A stretch of 64,000 nt of DNA from an uncultured Pseudobdellovibrionaceae bacterium (lineage in GTDB: Bacteria > Bdellovibrionota > FAC87 > UBA2466). Under the pieces are notes generated by a model, which was not told where the DNA came from, searched no databases, and saw nothing but the letters and a program-made list of their open reading frames with translations. Positions 59,644-64,000 of the stretch are shown in pieces; positions within the stretch are counted from its first letter, which is position 1, and the number at the start of each line of letters is the position of its first letter. The position numbers were made by a program, and so were the translations under genes. The DNA lies in assembly GCA_964611895.1 (NCBI GenBank), contig CAZTDN010000008.1, forward strand, positions 13,328 to 77,327, given 5' to 3'.

Positions 59644-60398
59644 TCTTTTTTGGGCAAATTCTCTCCAAACCCAGCAAAAACACGTGCCAAAACCTTACCG
59701 GTATCCGGAGCGTTGGGATAGGGATACTGGGTATCCTGAGAATTCTGCCCATCGCTGCCTTTGATGGCTTTGATGACGGTAACAAGCCCCATCTCTCTTT
59801 CCTTGGCGTACGACCGCGAATCCGAAAGGGATTTTGTCACCGTTCCGGTGAACGCAAGCTCGCCCGTCTGCAGATCGTAAACATGCATTGAAGCTGAAAC
59901 GGTGCGGGTTGTAGACGAAGTGACCTTTTCGGTTCCTGGAACGATGTTTCCGTTCTTGTCGGTCGAAGAGGATTCGGAGCGATCCGTATGCACCTCGTCG
60001 TTTTCGATTCTAGAAAACGCGGCGTAACGTATCCCCGCAAGCTTGGCTTTTAGGTTCGACACCGAACGATCGCTCAACATGCCGGTCGACTGCATTTCGC
60101 TGATCAAGCCTTGGTATTGGGTGCGCCCCAGGCGGTTCATCAGAGTCCCCACAGGAGCAATCTCGTAATCCTTACGCTCTTCTAAGAGTGCGTTGCGCAT
60201 CACATTCGCGTACGAAGTGCGGCGACCCTCGTCTAGCGTATCAAACGCGGCCGCTACCCCACCAATAGCCAGTTTGCCCCCATGAACGGCAGCGTAGGTA
60301 AAACTAGGGCTCTGTTTAAGCCCTGTTATTTTGGTGGCACAGCCCGCGAGGAGCAGTCCTAGAGCCATGCTTGCGAATACCCGATGGAACGATTTCAT
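59640..60398 (-). CDS. Lipoprotein, hypothetical
   Basis: Signal peptide plus lipobox LLAGC. Ser/Thr-rich. No domain recognised. Confidence 0.55.
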   Translation of the reverse strand: MKSFHRVFASMALGLLLAGCATKITGLKQSPSFTYAAVHGGKLAIGGVAAAFDTLDEGRRTSYANVMRNALLEERKDYEIAPVGTLMNRLGRTQYQGLISEMQSTGMLSDRSVSNLKAKLAGIRYAAFSRIENDEVHTDRSESSSTDKNGNIVPGTEKVTSSTTRTVSASMHVYDLQTGELAFTGTVTKSLSDSRSYAKEREMGLVTVIKAIKGSDGQNSQDTQYPYPNAPDTGKVLARVFAGFGENLPKKD

Positions 60399-60587
60399 TT
60401 GTGATTTCCCCTGTTATTTTAAAACCCTAGGATAGCTGAAAGCCGTAGAATGAACAGGCCCAATAAATTCTTATTGCCAATTTTTTCGGGATTTGATTAC
60501 CGTGAATCATGGGGTGGACGGTAATGGAACGCGGTTTCGAGTTTTAAGCTTCCTGTTTAGGGGGATGGTTCGGGGGATTCACATCGA

Positions 60588-60630
60588 TAAATAAAGCCGG
60601 GGGCTTTGTTGCCCCCGGCTTTATTTGTTT
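60588..60630 (-). terminator. Rho-independent terminator (bidirectional hairpin) after the sigma54-activator gene
   Basis: AAAGCCGGGGGC-tttgtt-GCCCCCGGCTTT perfect 12-bp GC-rich stem with T-rich flanks, 4 nt beyond the stop at 60634. Confidence 0.6.
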
Positions 60631-60633
60631 ACC

Positions 60634-62217
60634 CTAATGCAGAGACTCTTCTCTGACCCCACCAGAAATTCGATGACGCTTTAAGCGGCGATAGAGAGTC
60701 GGACGAGACACTTTGAGATGCTTTGCCATCTCGTCGAGAGTCCCTTGATACTGATCCAGACATTGTTGAAGAATCTGTTTTTCGTAGGCATCCAAATACG
60801 ACTCTAACCCCAAATCTAAGACCCGACGGAAATCATCCACAGAGGCCTGTACTTCGACCACCGATTCCATCGTTTCGTTAGGGCTGCGGTACATTGGAGG
60901 AACATGCTCAATCTCAATGGTGTCAGAACCACGAGAGCGTAACACCAGAAACTCCACAGCATCCTGGAACTCCCGTACATTGCCCTCTTCCCAACGCTGT
61001 TCACGCAAGAGCGTAAGCACTTCCGGGTTATAGGGCTTATCAAAACCCGCAAACTTTTGAATAAAATGCTCTAGCAAAAGCGGGATATCGCCCTGACGAT
61101 CCCGTAGTGGGGGAATATTGACCACAACTTGAGAAATGCGCGAGTAGAGGTCTTTTCGGAATTTTCCTTCCTCTACCATCTTGCGCAAATTTCGATTGGT
61201 TGCTGCAATGATTCGCACATCTGCCTTGCGCTTAACATCGTCTCCCAGGCGATAATATTCCATTGAATCCAAAAACGTGAGGAACATTGCCTGCGTCTCC
61301 AAAGGCATTTCCCCAATTTCGTCTAGGAAAAGGTCTCCTCCCCTAGCCAATTCAACCAGACCTCGTTTATCCGAAATCGCCCCCGTAAAAGCGCCTTTCT
61401 TGTGTCCAAAAAGCTGATCTTGGAACTGTTCGGTATTCAAACAAGCACAGTTCAACTGCTCAAAAGGCCGCATCTGCCCAGTGAGCTCAGCGACGACTTC
61501 GCTCGAGTAGCGGGCGAACGGGGTTTTACCCACCCCGGTTTCCCCAACCAAAAGAACGCGCAGCGAAGCAGCTTCGGCAATCATTTGCTTTGCTCGCAAT
61601 ACCCCACTGTCTTTTCCGACGATCTTAGACTCGGCTGCCGATTTTTCAAAAGCGCGCTGGTATACGCGTGTCCGCATGCTACCCGTAAGCACTTTGTCCA
61701 ACTTCATTTCCAAAGTCTCTCGGTCGAACGGTTTTTCCAAATAGTCATCCGCCCCGAGCTTGATGCACTTAACGACTGTAGGGACTTCCCGGTACCCGGA
61801 AACGACAATTGCGGGTTTTTCCGGAAAACGTTTCTTGAAGATAGTCAAAAACTCGATCCCGTCATGATCGGATTCCTGAAGATTGATGTCCACCATCGCA
61901 CCATCGACATCTTCATTCTCCAAAATAGACACCGCTTTTTGGAAGGAGCTCGCCAAAAAGAGCTTGTACTTCCCGCCCATGGCAATTTGCAGCGCTTCCA
62001 ATGCCAACACTTCATCATCCAGAATCAACAACGACTTTGTACTCACAGTGCCTCTTTCTACCTGCAGATTGAAAAACGGCGGCACCGTATCAAAAATGAG
62101 ACCCGAAGGAAAGAGGGATTCCACCGCCCCCTCTGAAAAATCATTAAATTCAAAAGCTTGTCTCATACCACTCCAATCATCTTTCAATTCCACTGAACCG
62201 ATCTGCAGGTGGTGCAA
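60634..62217 (-). CDS. Sigma54-dependent response regulator (REC + AAA+ sigma54-activator + Fis-type HTH) with about 60-aa N-terminal extension
   Basis: REC: LLILDDEV...VDINLQ...KPF. Activator: Walker A GETGVGKT, GAFTGA sigma54-contact motif, Walker B DLFLDEIGE. C-terminal HTH LDEMAKHLKVSRPTLYRRLKR. Start may be 62166 (MRQAFEF). Confidence 0.9.
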   Translation of the reverse strand: MHHLQIGSVELKDDWSGMRQAFEFNDFSEGAVESLFPSGLIFDTVPPFFNLQVERGTVSTKSLLILDDEVLALEALQIAMGGKYKLFLASSFQKAVSILENEDVDGAMVDINLQESDHDGIEFLTIFKKRFPEKPAIVVSGYREVPTVVKCIKLGADDYLEKPFDRETLEMKLDKVLTGSMRTRVYQRAFEKSAAESKIVGKDSGVLRAKQMIAEAASLRVLLVGETGVGKTPFARYSSEVVAELTGQMRPFEQLNCACLNTEQFQDQLFGHKKGAFTGAISDKRGLVELARGGDLFLDEIGEMPLETQAMFLTFLDSMEYYRLGDDVKRKADVRIIAATNRNLRKMVEEGKFRKDLYSRISQVVVNIPPLRDRQGDIPLLLEHFIQKFAGFDKPYNPEVLTLLREQRWEEGNVREFQDAVEFLVLRSRGSDTIEIEHVPPMYRSPNETMESVVEVQASVDDFRRVLDLGLESYLDAYEKQILQQCLDQYQGTLDEMAKHLKVSRPTLYRRLKRHRISGGVREESLH

Positions 62218-62659
62218 GCGGTTCCGAGGGCGCGGGGCACTGGGGCACTCCGGAACTCACCGCTTGCTCGGGCTCAGCTCGGGTGGCCTCGTAACAGTCC
62301 AAGCGCCGTATTCCCGAAGCTACTTCTGGATCGGACGCAAACTCGCACCCATCAAAAACGCAGTGGTCAAAAACTGCTTGGCGGAAAGTGCTTTTTCTAA
62401 AATCCACTTCGCGAAAGTAAACGTGTGTAAATTCTACACAGCTAAAATCGACCTCCTGGAGTTCAAGACCGATCCAATACCCACCCTCAAAAGTACAATG
62501 CAGTATGGACCAGCGCTCCCACGCTCCTCCCTGAACCACCAGCGACCTTGCTCGCTCCTCAAACCAATACCCATTCGAAAATCGCGCACCTTCCCAGAGC
62601 TGCGGCTCGAGTGAAAGCACCCCGCGCTGACGTCGGTCTGTTCCTTCAATAGCGTTCAT
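62177..62659 (-). CDS. Pentapeptide-repeat protein
   Basis: 160 aa. Tandem A(D/N)LxF-like pentads (CTFEGGYWIGLELQEVDFSCVEFTHVYFREVDFRKSTFRQAVFDHCVFDGCEFASD). Pro/Ala-rich C-terminal tail. Confidence 0.55.
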   Translation of the reverse strand: MNAIEGTDRRQRGVLSLEPQLWEGARFSNGYWFEERARSLVVQGGAWERWSILHCTFEGGYWIGLELQEVDFSCVEFTHVYFREVDFRKSTFRQAVFDHCVFDGCEFASDPEVASGIRRLDCYEATRAEPEQAVSSGVPQCPAPSEPLAPPADRFSGIER

Positions 62660-62668
62660 GCAGCCCTC

Positions 62669-63661
62669 CTAGGCGCGAATCAATGTCAATTCATGCAACG
62701 GCATGCTCGAACGTACTGAGGTGCGACACCCAGCGATCAGGTACTTGCCATGCAAAGATTTTTCGGGAGCCGATTTCAGCTCCAAGCAATCCCCGGGCAA
62801 ACCGGGTAAATGAGCTGTGAAAAACCGAAAGATTTCAGAACCGGCCGCCCGCTTTGACAATCGGTTAGCAAGGATCTGCTCCATCTGTTCCGGAGAAGTA
62901 GCCCCAGGACATACAGTTTCCATTCGCCCGCCGGCGAGCATTCGGTTTTTCTTGGCCTCAAAACTAGATGCATTTTTCAAAAAACCCAGAGGTGAATAAA
63001 GCGCACTACGGGAGAGTTCAGTCTTGCGAGCCCTTCCCTCGTTGGAATCGATGGAAAACACTTCGGCTGAGTCGTACATAAACCCACTCGTACGCGCGCT
63101 TGAAATGGAGCCAAGATAAGCCCCCTCAAAAGGCCCCGATTCCCGATGGGATCCTAAACGAATGAAATGCATTTCTTTCGATACAGAATGAACCAAGAAA
63201 TAAAAACCAAAGTCTTCAGAGATACTTTGCAAGTGCTCTAGATAGGATTTCCCCCCTAAGTCCATTCCAGGCATTTTTAGACCGAACTTCCCAAAAAATC
63301 GTGGACGCAGCCCAACCAAAGACGCAATCTTCTTTAAAAAATCTTCGAGGTGTTGATCTTTTAAAAACTCACTCTCAAAAACTCGGCTCAGAATCTCCAG
63401 GGAATCGCGGTATTCCAGCTCTACTTCATGAAGGTCGTTGCATCGAACAGCAAACAAATCTGCTTGGAACAGCTGTTTCCCATTGCACTTCAACCCCGCC
63501 ACCTTGGAAATCGAGCTCAAACTAAATTCAGCACGCTGTTTCACCGTGAGTGTTTTTTTTATCGTAAGCGTCGTGGGACGATCCAAAAAGCAACTCAACT
63601 CCGCGGACTTCAGAGTTCCCGGTCCGTCCGCCAATATTTCAAATGGCTTTTGTTTACTCAT
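62669..63661 (-). CDS. Hypothetical protein (330 aa), translationally coupled to the upstream radical-SAM-like gene
   Basis: Start MSKQKPFEIL at 63661 forms an ATGA overlap with the upstream stop. No motif confidently recognised. Confidence 0.5.
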   Translation of the reverse strand: MSKQKPFEILADGPGTLKSAELSCFLDRPTTLTIKKTLTVKQRAEFSLSSISKVAGLKCNGKQLFQADLFAVRCNDLHEVELEYRDSLEILSRVFESEFLKDQHLEDFLKKIASLVGLRPRFFGKFGLKMPGMDLGGKSYLEHLQSISEDFGFYFLVHSVSKEMHFIRLGSHRESGPFEGAYLGSISSARTSGFMYDSAEVFSIDSNEGRARKTELSRSALYSPLGFLKNASSFEAKKNRMLAGGRMETVCPGATSPEQMEQILANRLSKRAAGSEIFRFFTAHLPGLPGDCLELKSAPEKSLHGKYLIAGCRTSVRSSMPLHELTLIRA

Positions 63662-64000
63662 CCTTTGCCCCCGACCAGAACTCGCATACCGGCCTTTTTT
63701 GCCAACACGACGAGTTCTTCGACCTGCTCCACAGGCGCCTGTACCAAACCCTTTTCTGGAGAAATGAAACACGTCATTAGGTTTAGGTACCCTTGGAATC
63801 CCACATCTCGGAGCGCATCGATTACTCGAACGCTGTCTTGTTGAAAGCCGGGCATGAGCAGGTGGCGAATAATCATTCCATGGGTCAGTCGACCATGCTC
63901 CATCACTGGCGAACCGTGCGTTGCCATGAAGGAGGAGACGGCTTTTTGAGTAATGGATCCGTAACGAGATGGAAGTGCCACTGCAGTCGCCGCTTCCGAA
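63658..64000 (-). CDS. Radical SAM activating-enzyme-like protein (PflA/AmmeMemoRadiSam-type), C-terminal part only; N-terminus lies beyond the window
   Basis: C-terminal sequence ...GRLTHGMIIRHLLMPGFQQDSVRVIDALRDV...MTCFISPEKG...EELVVLAKKAGMRVL. The (I/V)RHL(V/L)(M/L)PG motif is characteristic of PFL-activase-like radical SAM enzymes. The CxxxCxxC motif would lie off-window. Confidence 0.45.
   Translation of the reverse strand, partial: SEAATAVALPSRYGSITQKAVSSFMATHGSPVMEHGRLTHGMIIRHLLMPGFQQDSVRVIDALRDVGFQGYLNLMTCFISPEKGLVQAPVEQVEELVVLAKKAGMRVLVGGKG

Noticed and set aside
60399-60585. Possible sigma54 promoter upstream of the lipoprotein gene next to the enhancer-binding protein
   Set aside because: The only GG...TTGC pair (aGGcccaataaattcttaTTGCc) has the wrong spacing (15 instead of about 8 nt between GG and TTGC), so there is no convincing -24/-12 element.
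62669-63661. Impression that the 330-aa protein resembles phage GpD/VgrG-like baseplate proteins
   Set aside because: I could find only vague N-terminal similarity by eye, no conserved GpD motifs, and the neighbourhood (radical SAM, pentapeptide repeat, sigma54 activator) does not fit a contractile injection system. Left as hypothetical.
1-64000. CRISPR arrays, prophage or integrase, intact IS elements, rRNA
   Set aside because: No regularly spaced direct repeats, no tyrosine/serine recombinase or capsid/terminase-like ORFs and no intact transposase were seen. The only mobile-element trace is the degraded fragment at 49075-49440.

Overview
64 kb of bacterial chromosome (about 55% GC by eye; GAGG-type ribosome-binding sites; dense coding with many 4-nt ATGA/GTGA start/stop overlaps). 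The gene content points to a non-enteric Gram-negative lineage, but I cannot place the taxon from sequence alone. No CRISPR array, intact prophage, integrase or rRNA was found, and no complete known defence island. Left to right the window holds: (1) a UDP-xylose-type sugar-nucleotide pair (uxs partial, ugd), an LPG-synthase-TM/flippase-like membrane protein and recO; (2) a 5.4-kb minus-strand cluster joining an Fe-S carrier (mrp/apbC), DUF971, a YgfZ-like folate-binding protein and System II cytochrome c biogenesis (ccsB, ccsA); (3) a GT-C (DUF2029-like) membrane protein, a Hanks Ser/Thr kinase, a 600-bp structured intergenic region with a small ORF, and a CgeB-like glycosyltransferase; (4) a tightly overlapping minus-strand operon: thioesterase, fused ABC permease, ABC ATPase with an extra C-terminal domain, glycosyltransferase, DCC thiol-disulfide oxidoreductase and a 494-aa secreted protein of unknown function; (5) an unannotated 47-aa hyper-basic ORF with a strong RBS just upstream of lon; (6) an M48 peptidase, aconitase, a b558-type sdhCAB, a KH protein, an FHA-GGDEF cyclase, panD, a DHH phosphoesterase, an MDR dehydrogenase, a CaCA-like antiporter, ftsK, a secreted permuted-papain-like protein and fabH; (7) a HEPN/MNT toxin-antitoxin pair next to divergent lexA | imuA-like - imuB - dnaE2 with a 16-bp palindromic candidate operator; (8) just 3' of dnaE2, a lower-GC islet with a genuine tRNA-Ala(GGC) preceded by direct and inverted copies of its own 5' end, a degraded rve-type transposase remnant and three secreted proteins, one with two CXXCH haem motifs; (9) surface-modification genes (OafA acyltransferase, MTase-domain protein, a second DUF2029 GT-C protein), a TauE/DUF1634 pair, and a YdjM-like hydrolase; (10) at the right edge, a sigma54 enhancer-binding response regulator beside a translationally coupled operon (radical-SAM-like fragment, 330-aa unknown, pentapeptide-repeat protein). 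The best candidates for undescribed biology are (8), (10), the basic micro-ORF in (5) and the secreted unknown in (4). All need homology and structure searches that I could not run.
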